Shown piece by piece: positions 26,477 to 39,424 of a stretch of DNA of 64,000 nt (positions are counted from its first letter, which is position 1; the number at the start of each line of letters is the position of its first letter). Both the position numbers and the translations under genes were made by a program. This DNA comes from Seison nebaliae (Eukaryota): positions 1-64,000 of the forward strand of contig JALJEE010001175.1 of NCBI GenBank assembly GCA_023231475.1, written 5' to 3'. Under the pieces are notes generated by a model that saw nothing but the letters and a program-made list of their open reading frames with translations, was not told the origin of the DNA and did not search any database.

Positions 26477-27139
26477 TTATTATCAGTCCCTCGTTAATAC
26501 GTTTCTATTCGAACTGTCCTAACATCTTCTTTAAACTTTCCTTCACATTAATTCTCAATATGTTATTTGAGAGAGCTTAAACTTAAATGCATATAATTTA
26601 TTATTATCTCTTCCTCTTCTATGTTTTTGTTTTGCATGATCATGGATTATAATTTATTAGTCAATAACAAATAAGCATTGACTGAAACATAATAGCAATA
26701 GTATTATTAATTTGTAAAGTAAAATTTGTTTTTATAATAAATCTTCCATTATTTCAAACAAATACTGAAGTCGACATCTAACAGAATTAGGAGTCCTTGT
26801 CTAATAAGCAGCTTCAACAATTTTAAATATGAGAGAAATTTTCTTTCCCAACAATAATGACGATGAAAGAACAATGAAGATTAAAAACTAGAATATTTTG
26901 TTTTGTTTAAACAACAGCTTATGAATATTCTAGTCGGTTATTTAATAAAATGAAATCATAGTTGACATTAAATAGCTGATTTATTTTTTTAAGCTTTAAG
27001 CTTAATGAGCGTACGAAGTTGGTAGATAATTCATTGAAATTTTGAATAACCAGTCATTATTCTCCAAGTCAGAGAGATATATTAAATAGATAGATAGACA
27101 ATTTCTTTAGAGATTTGCATAAGAATAAATTTGTGAAGA

Positions 27140-30100
27140 ATGAGTGGTGAATCAGGGAATTTCAATCGTTTGATGCCCAAACGAGATATCAATGGAATGA
27201 ATCAATTGAATTATTTGAGGAAGGAAGTTGTACCTCAACAAATCATGATTATGCAGAGGAGACACAATTTGTTCTTGAGCGATAATGGTTTGAATCAGAA
27301 TGATGATTTGAATAATGCGATGCAACGACAATCACCAATGAGTCTCAACCATCAAAGTACGACGGTGAGACATCAATCATTTAACATTCAACAACCGACA
27401 TCTTATTCGTCACATGTGAATGGGAGAATGTATGATCATGGTTTCATGGGGAATGGACAAGATGCAATCGATGTTTATGAATTATTACCATCATCAGCTG
27501 CTGCTACTTATCGAACGAATCCCACATCAACTGTCCAACAGTCAACAAATCGATCAACGTCAAATCAACAACATGTCAATTTAGTCTCTTCACATATCAC
27601 AACAACTTCTAATCAATTAAATTCCACATATTTTCAATCATCAATGAATGAATCAATTGAAGAGATTCTTTCAACAAATTCATTAAATTCATCTATCACA
27701 TCCATCTCCGCTCCATCAACAACAACAACAACTGTTACTACGAATGTTTTATCAACAATTCTTCCACGAAATCCAACAACGAATGAAACGGAACGAGAAG
27801 CAATTCTTCGACGTCAACGTGTTGAAAATTATATGTTAAGTCGAACTGATCAATCAGTTCATCATCAGGATGATGAATTGATGGAATTGGTGACACATGA
27901 TGAACCTGTCAATGTAGATGGAAATAATGTCCTCAATAATTTGGTAGCTGCAGATGGTGTCGATCAGAGTCAAGACGCATCAGAACGAATATCAGAAGAT
28001 GATGATATTTATGTTGAAGATACTTATGCAGAAGATGATTTATCTTCATCACCTTCAATGGAATTGTTACCGTTAACACCGAATGAACGACAGGAACCGA
28101 TTCCTCCTCCAACTGTCGATGATGCATATGAAGCGGATAATGTAGAATTGGAAGAATCAGATTCGGACGAAGATGATGATCGAGATCATACCATTTTCGA
28201 TGAGATTAGAGAAGATCGTCATTTCCATCGAATGTTGAGAAATGGAGATCATCGAATTAATCGAACTGGTAGTCAAACTCGTCGAACGTGGTTTGATGAA
28301 TCAATGCCAGAACGAACAACAGCTGAAGAGGTGAATGAAGATATTTATCGTATAGCTCCTCGACAATTAAGAAGATCGGAAAGAATTAGAAGACGTGCAC
28401 AAGAAGTAAATGGGATGAATAATGATCAACAATCGAATAGTGATCAAATGGAAGACGAAGATGATGATGATTATCATTCAGTAGATGAACATCCAACTAC
28501 TCCAGTAAGTGAAGTACCAACATCATCCAATACCATTATGATAAGTTCGTCGGAAACACGTCCAATCAATAATGAGGATAATAATAATAATAATAGTGTG
28601 AGAATTTCTGATTATAATACGGCAATGCTTGATGTTCCACTTCCTAATAATACGACATATGCTGATTTGGAAGACACGGTTTTACATCGACAAGGATTAA
28701 GGAGACGTCGAAGAAATAATCGAGAGGAAGAATTCCCATTCACATCTACAACTACACCATCTTCCATATTCTCAACAATCATCGATATATCATCATCACA
28801 TCGTCCACGTCGAACTGGAAGTTATTTGACACCTGTTGATTCAAGAGGAGTAGAACTCATCAATAATCATACAACTGTAACAACAACAACAACTCCCACA
28901 ACGACATCAAGTGGAACATTCGATCCAAGCGATTTACTTCTTTTCGACAGTGAACATTATAATGCGATTCGTACAATTCCTAATGAATTCTTCCGAACAA
29001 TGAATTTCAACACTTTCCGAGCGTTCGGTGGAAGTACAACAAGTCAAACGACTACATCGAATAGAACACAACGAACTTATCGTTATTTGATGGGAGAACC
29101 ATCTTTGTCACCAGAAAGAAACTTAACTCTTTCTGCGTCAGCTTCTTATACGGGAACTCCCGTGCCAACACGTACCTCAAATTTCCCGTCTGCTTTACTT
29201 AATTCAGTATTCAGTTCTGGTAATCGATCGATAAGAACAACGACGACAAATGAAGGATCTGGAGTTCCTCCATCTTCCACGACAGATGTTCAAATTCCAA
29301 CATCAGATGTTGAATTTAAGAACAGTTACAATTATTTGTTAACTCAAACACAAAGATGTGGAAATAAGTCATCAAATGGAAATAGTACATCATCGACTAC
29401 TCCTTCATCTTTGAGAACGTTTTACACTTTCGCTAATGATCAACCTAATAATGGTAGTAATAGATCAGAGAGATCTAATCGGACGCCCAGTTTATTACAA
29501 CGTCGTCAAAGAACAATGAATTCAACATTAACTAATAATACATCATCTCAAGAACGATTAAATAATTCTCGAACATCAACAATGTTACGACATCCTTCTC
29601 TTATTAATGATATTGTTGATCATGAAGATCATCGAACTTCCACAATGATCACTGTAACATCATCATCAGTTATTCCTTCAACTATAACATCAGCATCATC
29701 ACCATCTCCTGTGTCGAATGGAACAAGAACATTATACAATAATTTGGTATCTAATGAATTATCAAATTCATCAAATGATTTAATAGAAAATCAGGGAATA
29801 AATGAAGAATCGACTTCTGTTCAAAATACTACTCGACAACTTCAACATACATTCAATACATCTGGTGATTGTGATGATGCATTAAGTTCAACATTTGCTG
29901 TTGTTTATGGTCATAATCGAACATTGAAATCATTTGAAGCACAACGTCAATTATTTCAACAAACTTCAACTGGATCTGCAATTGCAGCAGCACCTCCAAT
30001 TAACAATAACAACAACAACCATAATTCATTACAACCAAGAAGTGGTGGTGGAATTGTTCATTCATCATATAATTGTCATGATAGAAATTTATTTGAAAGC

Positions 30101-31571
30101 GTCTATCATCAACAACAACAACAACAAAAAATAGATGATCAAGAAAATTTATTATTCTCTCCAATTCATGATTCTCCAATTACTGCTCGTTCACCATTAC
30201 CACAATCAATATTAAAATATCGTAAAAATAATGAAACATTAATTAATTCTAATGATTCGATGTTAAAGACGAAAGCACGTCGTCGATTGTTTTGTCCAAA
30301 GAAAGATGATGAAGATATGGATGATCCTATATCACAAATTTTCTCTTCAGAAAATGATGAGAATCGTAATGAATTGATGACAACAGCTCCGAGAGATTCA
30401 GCCGTTTATTATCTTTCACCGTTAACGGAAAGAAGTCAAGTACTCTTACAAAGTCCTCGAAAACCAACTAACAAAATCGCTACCACACCATTCAAAGTTC
30501 TTGATGCACCAGATTTACAAGATGATTATTATTTGAATTTGGTTGATTGGTCTCCTCAGAACCGTTTGAGTGTTGGTCTTGGTAGTTGTGTATATTTATG
30601 GAATGCCTGTACATCACAAGTAACGAAATTATGTGATATTTCAGCAGCAGCAGGAGATCGTGAACGTGTAACATCAGTTGCATGGAGTGAACGATGTGAA
30701 CGAGTAGCTGTTGGGACGGTGAAAGGATCCATTCAAATTTGGGATGCCATAGCTCAGAAGAAGATCGATTGTTTACATGGACATGCAGGACGTGTTGGTA
30801 GTCTAGCTTGGAATGATGATATGATTGCTTCTGGTTCTCGCGATCGTAATATTCTTATTCGAGATTTACGTGCTCCACCATATCGTTCTGAAATCAAATT
30901 ATCATATCATAAACAAGAAGTTTGTGGATTGAAATGGTCACCAGACAAACAACTTTTAGCGTCAGGAGGTAATGATAATAAAATTCTTGTATGGTCTCCA
31001 ATGGCCACTAATGGCGATCAACCATTGCAAGTTCATGATCAACACATTGCTGCTGTCAAAGCCATTGCTTGGTCACCTCATCAACATGGTTTATTAGCTA
31101 GTGGTGGTGGAACAGCTGATCGTTGTATTCGTTTCTGGAATACTTTAACTGATCAATCCCTTCAATGTATCGACACAGGAAGTCAAGTTCATAATTCTTT
31201 TTCTTCTAATCTTTTATTTTAATTATTCTTCTTACAGGTCTGCAATTTGGCATGGAGTAAACATACAAACGAATTGGTCTCCACTCATGGTTATTCGGAA
31301 TATGCTGTTAACGTTTGGTCTTATCCAACAATGAATCGACTAGCCAAACTTACTGGCCATTCAGCACGTGTTCTCTATCTATCCATTTCACCTGATGGTG
31401 AATCAATTGTAACAGGTGCCGGAGATGAAACATTAAGATTTTGGAATGTCTTTTCCAAATCGCGAGCATCTAAGGTTAAATTTTTATTCATATTTGTTCA
31501 TTAAACTAATTTCCGGTTATTTCTTATAGGAAAAACGAAGTATGCTCAACATCTGTGGAATAATACGATAA
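27140..31571 (+). CDS. FZR1: APC/C co-activator Cdh1/Fizzy-related, ~1441 aa with a very long low-complexity N-terminus; 3 exons
   Basis: PFKVLDAPDLQDDYYLNLVDWS, HKQEVCGLKWS, GGGTADRCIRFWN, GAGDETLRFW, C-terminal IR tail; introns 31187-31237 and 31475-31529. Confidence 0.93.
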
Positions 31572-32117
31572 GAATTTGAAACAATTTTCAAAAGGAATTA
31601 TCTAAAATTTTGATTTGTATTTAATTTAATTAACTCTTCATTCCATTTCTCGTCATTGGATCATTCATTTTTTTCTTTATTTTCTTCCTCAATACTTGTA
31701 CTCTCATTGAACAATATTTACGGAATAACGGAAAATCTTTAGATGGAAATTTCCAAATCTCATCCATTATACACTATATCGATATGTGATTAGAATATTA
31801 TTTGAATCTTTACTTTCTAAAAGTAACATTTTCATTCATTATTTTCAAATTCATTTAGGGAAACTATTATAAAATTATCACTCCCTCAAATTTAAATGGA
31901 GTTTTTCTCTTTATAAATAATTTTGAATAAATATGATGGTTTTAATATATCATATCATTATTGATCATCAAATAAAATATTAAATTTCCTTCAAGTTATA
32001 ATGTTTTTTTTCCATAAAAAAAACAAATGAACAACTTCTAACAAGTTTTTTTTATTATTATTATTATTTTTTTTTTAAAGTGAAATTCTCTTCGGGATAA
32101 TGTGAAATTTTTTTTTT

Positions 32118-32310
32118 GATCGATCACCTCTACGGTCAGCGGTAGGAGATCTCTACGTTGCTTGAGACGTGTGTCCCATCGTTGTGGCGTTGGGAACGTG
32201 CATAAACCACTGTGTTACGCACGTCCCAATATGACTCTATCGAGGTGCAGGGTACGTTATTTCGAAAATACGCGTGGAGCGTGCATAGACCACTGCGGTA
32301 TGCACGCCCT
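32118..32310. repeat. Dispersed double-hairpin repeat, copy 2 (most complete); preceded by a T-run, i.e. an A-run on the - strand
   Basis: Perfect stem GCGTGCATA/TATGCACGC at 32279-32307; homologous to the copies at 3083 and 34443. Confidence 0.85.
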
Positions 32311-32469
32311 GTTAATTATTATTTTTTAATCTTAGAATAAATAATTTATAATACTTAGAGTAATAAATAGTTAGAATTTAGATCAATGTCACTCTAATTT
32401 TTATTTAGAAGAACTTTAAATTCGAAGAGAATTTAATCTAAAAATACTCTGAATATATATTATAATCAA

Positions 32470-33271
32470 TTATGAATCATTTCCTTTGTTTATTAAACCA
32501 GCATATGAGAGATTACGATTACCCCCTGAACCAAATTGGTAAGAAGTAGTTTTGTCCACTATCTTTTTCTTAATGACAACTCCAATTACAACACAAAATA
32601 GTATGACTAAAAAAGAAATGATAAATATTTCCATTATGAGCATTCGGTAAGCTTTCGGAATTTTCTCTTCTTCTTCTACCATTTTCCTTTCCAATTCAGT
32701 GTAATTGCTCATGATAGAATTAATAATTTTAGATAAATAATTTTTTGATAAATTGGTTTCTTTCTTTTCCGGTGAATCATCAGATTCATCGTTGGTCGAA
32801 TTGATTGATAAAGGAACTTTAATACTAATGGGAAATAAAACACAAATTGAATCTTCATCTATCAATCGACAATTTTTCCCATTGAAATAGATATGTCTAT
32901 CGTCATGCTCATTAATAATCATTACCTATTGAAACAAGGTGGTTACCTTAAAGTTATAAATAAATTCTAACTGATTGTATAGTCCAAAATCTTTCAAGTT
33001 TATTCATACAACTGAATTTCATGGAGTCGATATTATTTAGAGGATATTGTATTTGATTCAAATGATAAACAATTGGATGTTCGTTAAAGAGCGATAGAAT
33101 TGGTTCGGTAGGTAAAATAACCCTCTTGATAATGAATACATGGTCTGTATTAATATCAATGAATTTGATCGAGATTGAAGCATTACATCCGATCGATCCA
33201 GCGGTGATAAATAATTTGTAGGTATTGATGGAGGAAATAGCATAAAATAGAACTGAAAAAATTAGCAGCAT
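32470..33271 (-). CDS. Type I membrane protein: signal peptide, possible PLAT-like domain, TM; 2 exons
   Basis: Intron 32926-32971 joins two ORFs in frame; hydrophobic N-terminus and TM IFIISFLVILFCVVIGVVI. Confidence 0.7.
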
Positions 33272-33644
33272 TATTCTAATTCTTCTAAAATTATACCTTT
33301 GTGTTCACTATTTCTTTAAAGTCAGTCACTCTGTAAAATTTAATGATTAATTTACGAATTATCAAACATAATGAAGAATGAACTTATTACTTTTGTTATG
33401 AAAACTGTCGTCCGAAATTCATTATAATTGATAATTGTTTAGATTAACTGTCCTAAACACAGTGTTCAAATTTAAGTATTATTAATTTTTAAACATTTTT
33501 ATTCAACTTTAAATCATAAACTAAGATACATTTGAAAAATATGAATTAAATGGAATTTTAGTCTTTTTTTACTCTAATGATTAAAAAAGGAAGAACTGGA
33601 TATCCAAAAAAGGATTATATTTACTGGGTCTTAAGAAAAATCGA

Positions 33645-33780
33645 ACCATTTGGTAGACGGACGTTTGGTTGACGACTATTTGGCAGACTCAGTATACAGT
33701 TATACTCTTTAGCAAGCTGTCGATCTACAAAATAGTTCCATCTACCAAATTATTCGTGTACCAAATGTCCTAGATTCCTT
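33645..33780. mobile_element. MITE-like inverted-repeat remnant
   Basis: tttggtagac-type motifs on the left; ctaccaaa/gtaccaaatgtcc inverted motifs on the right. Confidence 0.5.
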
Positions 33781-33829
33781 AAGTAAAACTTTCGAAGTTC
33801 AAGGTGTTGACGAATTTTCAACTGAATGA

Positions 33830-34430
33830 AAGATATATTTCTCTCAATGAATACAAATGTAATGTCAACAAATTTCTTAGTTGTCATTTAGACTGTAGGA
33901 AGAAGAGTTCTGCAACCGTTGATTCTATTAGATGCAAGTTCATTAGAACTTTTCATTCTATAAATCATCGCTGTAAATATTTTCCGACTTCTTTTAAAAA
34001 TGAAGTTGTTTTACACGTTCTACTACGATTTATATGGCTTCCAGGCTGCTATTTCGTTTTCAATGAAATCAATAGACGCGTTAGATAGAGTGTAATCAAT
34101 GTATTCGAAATCTTTTAGGATGCAAACGCTCCTTTTCAAGAGCATTTATATTCTCCATTGTCGATCTTCCTCCATTTCGATTTTTGTTGGCTAAGCGATA
34201 TCTCTCTCTTCTGGAGAAGATGGATGCTTCCGAATTTCCTACTTCATCCTTTAACGACTTGCCACTACTTTCATCTTCATTGTCGTTTTTCTGTTCATAT
34301 TACACTCTTCCGAAGCCTAACCGATTGTTTAATGCAAGGGAATTGATAGATCAATTCTCCATCGAGTACTTGGTTCCTGACAATCTCAAAAATCATATAC
34401 CAAGATGCTGTGGACTAATTTCCAACTACC
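33830..34430 (+). mobile_element. Degenerate non-LTR retrotransposon fragment (region downstream of RT)
   Basis: IRCKFIRTFHSINHRCKYF is homologous to IRSKFIRAFYSFHHRCKLF at 48826-49014. Confidence 0.5.
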
Positions 34431-34442
34431 ATAACCACTACC

Positions 34443-34548
34443 AAACCACTGTGTTACGCACGCCCCAATATGACTCTATCGAGCTGCAGGGTACGTTATT
34501 TCGCAATTATGCGTGGAACGTGCGTAGACCACTGCGCTACGCACACAC
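34443..34548. repeat. Dispersed double-hairpin repeat, copy 3 (partial)
   Basis: Nearly identical to ~32205-32307. Confidence 0.85.
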
Positions 34549-34583
34549 GATTATGTGAGAAAAATATAAACAAAAAAATGATC

Positions 34584-34657
34584 TGGCCAATGTGGGGATC
34601 GAACCCACGACATTCGCGTTATTAGCACGACGCTCTAACCAACTGAGCTAATCGGCC
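34584..34657 (-). tRNA. tRNA-Ile (anticodon AAT)
   Basis: GGCCGATTAGCTCAGTTGGTTAGAGCGTCGTGCTAATAACGCGAATGTCGTGGGTTCGATCCCCACATTGGCCA folds as a cloverleaf with A and B boxes; downstream T-run Pol III terminator. Confidence 0.97.
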
Positions 34658-35357
34658 GACGATATAAATTCAATTGAATTATATTTCATTTTACTAGTTA
34701 CACATACAAAGACAGTCGACAAAACTTCTTACACATTAAGACTACCATAAGACTAGTACAAGAGGTTTTTTATATTTAGACGAAATTTTTAGTTTTTGAA
34801 TTAACTTTATTTTTCCAATCTCCATGATTGGTTTGCAGTCAAACGACGGATGCTCACGCCATACTATGTTTTGTTTGTAATTTTGTAATCCCTCTTGCCG
34901 AAATAGAAAATGCTGAAGGTGTCGTTCGGTTGTTTTTCAGATTTTGAGTCACTTCATATTCATGATGACATTGAATTCCTCTCCGAAAATACTGAGTTAA
35001 TATCGCTCAACGACACGAACCTTTTAATTTAAAATAAACTATTATAGAAGTTAATCAGTGTTACTTACGATTGTAGGACGTTATTCCCGACGTTTCTCTT
35101 TCTTAAAGAAGCATGAAAAAGAAGGAAATTATCGCCGATTTTTCTGGAAAATTTTGAAAATAAAAGGAAAGAGAAAGAAAACGAAAAAATCGGAGATAGT
35201 TTCCTTCTATTTACATTTACTTAGGATCGACTTATAATTAAAGTTTATTTTCAATAATCATACGTCGGTAACTTTCAGTGGAAAATTGGAATGATGATAG
35301 GAAAATGTTAGGTTGATATTTTTAATCATAACTTATTTTTTCTTAGTCCGGAAAGGG

Positions 35358-36779
35358 TTAAAGAACATAAATTTCATCTCCATTACCTTCATGGAAGCTT
35401 TTTTCTTTTTCTAAAATGAATCCTGTAACTTTTTCGAATCTTAATATGTAGGTAAATTGTTCAATATCGTCGATCTTTAAAGAAAATTCATCGTTCATTA
35501 AAAGCCATTGTCTTCGCCTTTGAATTATGGCATAGGCATGAGTTTCCATTGCTTCATCCAGTAACTTATTGGAGGCATCACTATCAAGCCATTCACAAAT
35601 TTGTTTAAAGATCGAACGAACATATCGTTGTTCTTGTGGCAAATAATCATATATTTGTGGTTCTTCATTTAGTATTACTTCTACCGTTCTCTCGTAAAGA
35701 ACATCGACACATTCTTGAGAATACATATCACGTACCTCACGTACAGGTAATAATTCGCTTATTTTTAAATTATGTTCCTCCTCGATTGCAACGGATATTC
35801 CAGTTAACTTATAGCTATTTCTTCGTCTATTTCTGATTGCTAGATTTATTCTTAAATCTTCATCGTTCTTTAATTGTGGAATGGTGTAGAACTGTCGTAC
35901 TAGGACTAAAGGCAAATCAGGAGAACCGTCCTCCCATTTAACATTTAACCGATGTATCAAACTTAATATACCAGCCACAGTTTTTGTCGCCTTTGGATGA
36001 AGTTCAAACTTCAACGATTCTTCTAGACTCATTATTAAAACATCAGGTGCATGTGGTTGAATTAGGTTTTGAGTCAAATCTTCAATAATATGGTGACCAA
36101 CTATTCTTTCATAATTTCTTAGAAACCGTCGCGGTTGATTCCATTGAATCCAAGGAAACTTATTAATCGAAAAGTGTAAATTTAGTACACTAATATCAGG
36201 ATAGTAAAGAAAAACATAATGTCCCTGACATACAGTTTGAACATCAACAATTTCAAATAAATCTTTTAACATTTTATCCCATCTAACTACGTCGTTCCCA
36301 TTTTCTTCTTTTATATCAAGAATTAGTCGTTCGCATTTAGAGTTTGGACTTTCATTAATTTCCGATTGCAAATCCAGCTCGTGTTTACTTGCTTTAACCA
36401 AATAATAATCGCCAACAAGTCCATGTTTTGTGTTATATTCTTCATTTCTTTCGAGAGCCACAACTGCTGTGCGAAATACATCACTTACACTTTTATTATA
36501 TTTCTTCATATCTTTCGGGTTCTCCTCTCCGACACTTTGGTACATTTGTTCCATATAATTACACAGTTCAATAGAGTTACATTTCTGTTCCTCCTCTATT
36601 AATCTCATCAAGGTTGGACTAGATGTCATCATACTAACTATTACATTGGTCAAACATATTCCGAGAGAAGGATTGTTGAGTATTCCTCGTATACTTTTAT
36701 CTGATTGATCAAATAAGTTATTTAAAGTGTTCCATTTCTGTTGAAACAAAAGTTCAGGAAATTTTGGATCTAAATTCAT
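35358..36779 (-). CDS. Divergent USP/C19-like protease, member 4 (intronless; likely start MNLDPKF)
   Basis: GILNNPSLGICLTN ... HAYAIIQRRRQWLLMND; start assigned by alignment to the paralogs. Confidence 0.7.
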   Translation of the reverse strand: MNLDPKFPELLFQQKWNTLNNLFDQSDKSIRGILNNPSLGICLTNVIVSMMTSSPTLMRLIEEEQKCNSIELCNYMEQMYQSVGEENPKDMKKYNKSVSDVFRTAVVALERNEEYNTKHGLVGDYYLVKASKHELDLQSEINESPNSKCERLILDIKEENGNDVVRWDKMLKDLFEIVDVQTVCQGHYVFLYYPDISVLNLHFSINKFPWIQWNQPRRFLRNYERIVGHHIIEDLTQNLIQPHAPDVLIMSLEESLKFELHPKATKTVAGILSLIHRLNVKWEDGSPDLPLVLVRQFYTIPQLKNDEDLRINLAIRNRRRNSYKLTGISVAIEEEHNLKISELLPVREVRDMYSQECVDVLYERTVEVILNEEPQIYDYLPQEQRYVRSIFKQICEWLDSDASNKLLDEAMETHAYAIIQRRRQWLLMNDEFSLKIDDIEQFTYILRFEKVTGFILEKEKSFHEGNGDEIYVL

Positions 36780-37231
36780 TTTACTTAAGAAACAAATTGG
36801 TAAAGGATTTAGAATCTTCAAATAAACAGTTACACGATGAAATTTTAAAAAAAATTGAAAATAAAAGTTAAAACAAAAATATTTACTATTTCCATTTTTG
36901 TCGCATCTACATGGAAGAACAAAAAGCACAATGTTATCTAACTTGTAAGTATCATCGTATCACAATGGACGGATTCTACAGTACGTAGGACTTCAGTAAA
37001 TAATCTATAAAAGAAAAATTTTAAATTAAGATTCAATTAATTTGACAAGTTCTGAACAAACAATATTCAGAAATTTCAGTAACGTGTTTTAAAGTATTAA
37101 AAAAACAAAATAGAAACATAATAAAACTGAGCAATTACCAGTTTTAGTTCCTTAATTTCATTTCTAATTTTTTTTAATTTTCATTTCTTTTTCTTTCCTC
37201 CAGTATCGTCCTCCAGTAGACAGTAGTAAAA

Positions 37232-38333
37232 ATGTTTTTAATCCTCGTCGTAAGTTTATTAGTCTTTCGGAATGCGAAGTGTGCCGATAAGGACGATGAA
37301 GATACAATACTATTAAAACGAGAAATTTTCAGTTTCCTTAGAATTTATTTTAGTTTATAATTTAACCAATTCTTAAAATTTAGCAAATACTGATGCGTAT
37401 GAACAACAGGTGCAAGTTAGAAGAGAATATAATGAAAGGTTTGCTGGTTTGACAAGTTTGAACAGGAATGGATTAACTGATCGTGAAGTTCGTGAGAACG
37501 AACATAATTCAGTCGTTCTTCGAGTTGTTCAAATTACACCTCACATTGGAATATTTGATTCTGAATTAATGGCGTCAATTGTTGGAAAATTGTTCTTGGA
37601 CTTCCGAAATGTTTTATATGGAAATATGCACGACTTTAATGGTAGACCTATGTGCACTATAATGATTCAATATCGGTATACCAATATGGTATGTTTCAAC
37701 CCAGTTGAAAAGACGATTCGTGGTTATTCTCTCCATGGTAATGATATTGAACCCTTCGTTAAACAATTAACATTTATTTATTGTTTGCAAATGGTGTATT
37801 TTGAAGAAATGGCAGATACGGACTGCGCATTTACAATGTACCTCGAAAAGGATAATATAGCTATTACCGCCAAAAACGCGAATAATGTAATGAACTCAGT
37901 AGCTATGGATTTTATTAGAACTGCATACTATAGTGCGGTAGATTTAACGGCTGCATTGGACATGAAAGGTTTTACTAGGGAAATGAGTCAATTGTCTACA
38001 AGTTCCGATACAACATTACGAGAGGAGAAAACAGAAATACAGGGAAAAGTTTACGAACCAATTGAAGTTTTTCAATACATGGGACCCGATGGGGTGCCTG
38101 CTATGCTTGACAACGTTAAGGAAAAAGCTCCGACTAGACCAACCCAAACACAAATACCCACTACTACAACAAAGCTCGAAAACGTTCTCTTAACTGCTGG
38201 AACAAAAAGATCATCAACTGGTGTGGATCCTACTCCAAATAAGACCTTTGAAACTTACGTGCCACCCCCACCCGAAGAAACTACCAAAAAAAGTAAAGAA
38301 GAAGGAACTACAACTACTACAACAACTAGCTAA
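37232..38333 (+). CDS. Secreted protein of unknown function with a Thr/Pro-rich tail; 2 exons
   Basis: MFLILVVSLLVFRNAKC signal peptide; intron 37332-37383 joins in frame to ORF 37410-38333. Confidence 0.7.
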
Positions 38334-38896
38334 GCAAATAGTTTGAATAGAAAATTACTAATTCACCTTAACGTACATTCTCCACAGTAGTTAGAAGTAA
38401 AACATTTTTAAAATGTAAAATGTTAAAAAGATTAATTTTTTCTAAAGAATATAATTATGATTGTATATAATTTTCCAATAATATATAGATTAAGAACTGA
38501 ACAATTTTATTATATAATTATAATTTCTCTTTTCTGCTATTCATCTTACAAAAAAAATTATTTAGTAACTTGATTCTATTTAATGAGAAACTCTTAAAAT
38601 AAGAGCAACATCGTTGCCACTAATATAATTCTGCATGTATACATCAAAAATAGTGTTCCATTTAATGGAAGAAACTAAAATGAAATAAATTACTCTAATT
38701 TTCCTAAACTGTTTTCTACTCTCAGAAAAAGGAGAAGTAATTAAGGAAATGGTAAAATGCGCATCATTTTCCCATTAAAACGCATTCATCATCAAACATC
38801 ATCATCTGGAATAGAAATACATTCTATTTTTTCGTGATTTCTACGGAATAAAAAATCTGTAATTAAATACAGTTTTCGTTTGAAGTCTTATCAAAT

Positions 38897-39424
38897 ATGG
38901 GTGTTGAACATTCGTTACCTGAATCTTCATGTAACCATTTCGATTCGGAAGAAATTTCGAAAATAATCGACAAATTTAAAAAGATTGATAAGGATCGTAG
39001 TGGAACTTTGTCGACCGAAGAATTTCATTCAATTCCATCTTTAAACGAAAATCCATTACTTCAGCGAGTTATCGACACATTCGATCTCGATAAAGATGGC
39101 GAGATTGATTTTAAGGAATTTATAGAAGGCGTTTCGGTTTTTAGCATGAAAAACGATAAAATAGAAAAATTGAAATTTGCATTCAAAATTTACGATATAG
39201 ACAATGACGGATATATTGGTAATGGTGAGTTATTTCAAGTTTTGAAAACGATGGTAGGAAACAATTTGGAAGAAGAACAATTGCAACAAATTGTAGACAA
39301 AACGATTTGGTATGCCGATACGGATAAAGATGGAAAAATTTCTTTTAATGAATTTAAATCGATCGTCGATGATTCGCTCCAAGATGATTTACACGAGTCA
39401 ATGAAAATAAATATCATAAAATAA
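38897..39424 (+). CDS. PPP3R1: Calcineurin B regulatory subunit (intronless)
   Basis: MG start, four EF-hands, [35 protein letters not shown]. Confidence 0.93.
   Translation: MGVEHSLPESSCNHFDSEEISKIIDKFKKIDKDRSGTLSTEEFHSIPSLNENPLLQRVIDTFDLDKDGEIDFKEFIEGVSVFSMKNDKIEKLKFAFKIYDIDNDGYIGNGELFQVLKTMVGNNLEEEQLQQIVDKTIWYADTDKDGKISFNEFKSIVDDSLQDDLHESMKINIIK

Noticed and set aside
26164..26580. 138-aa + strand ORF and similar antisense ORFs (18801, 39235, 61729)
   Set aside because: Shadow ORFs opposite well-supported conserved genes
32279..32307. Iron-responsive element (CAGTG loop on - strand) or hammerhead ribozyme
   Set aside because: No 5-bp upper stem with bulged C, and no CTGATGA/GAAA core
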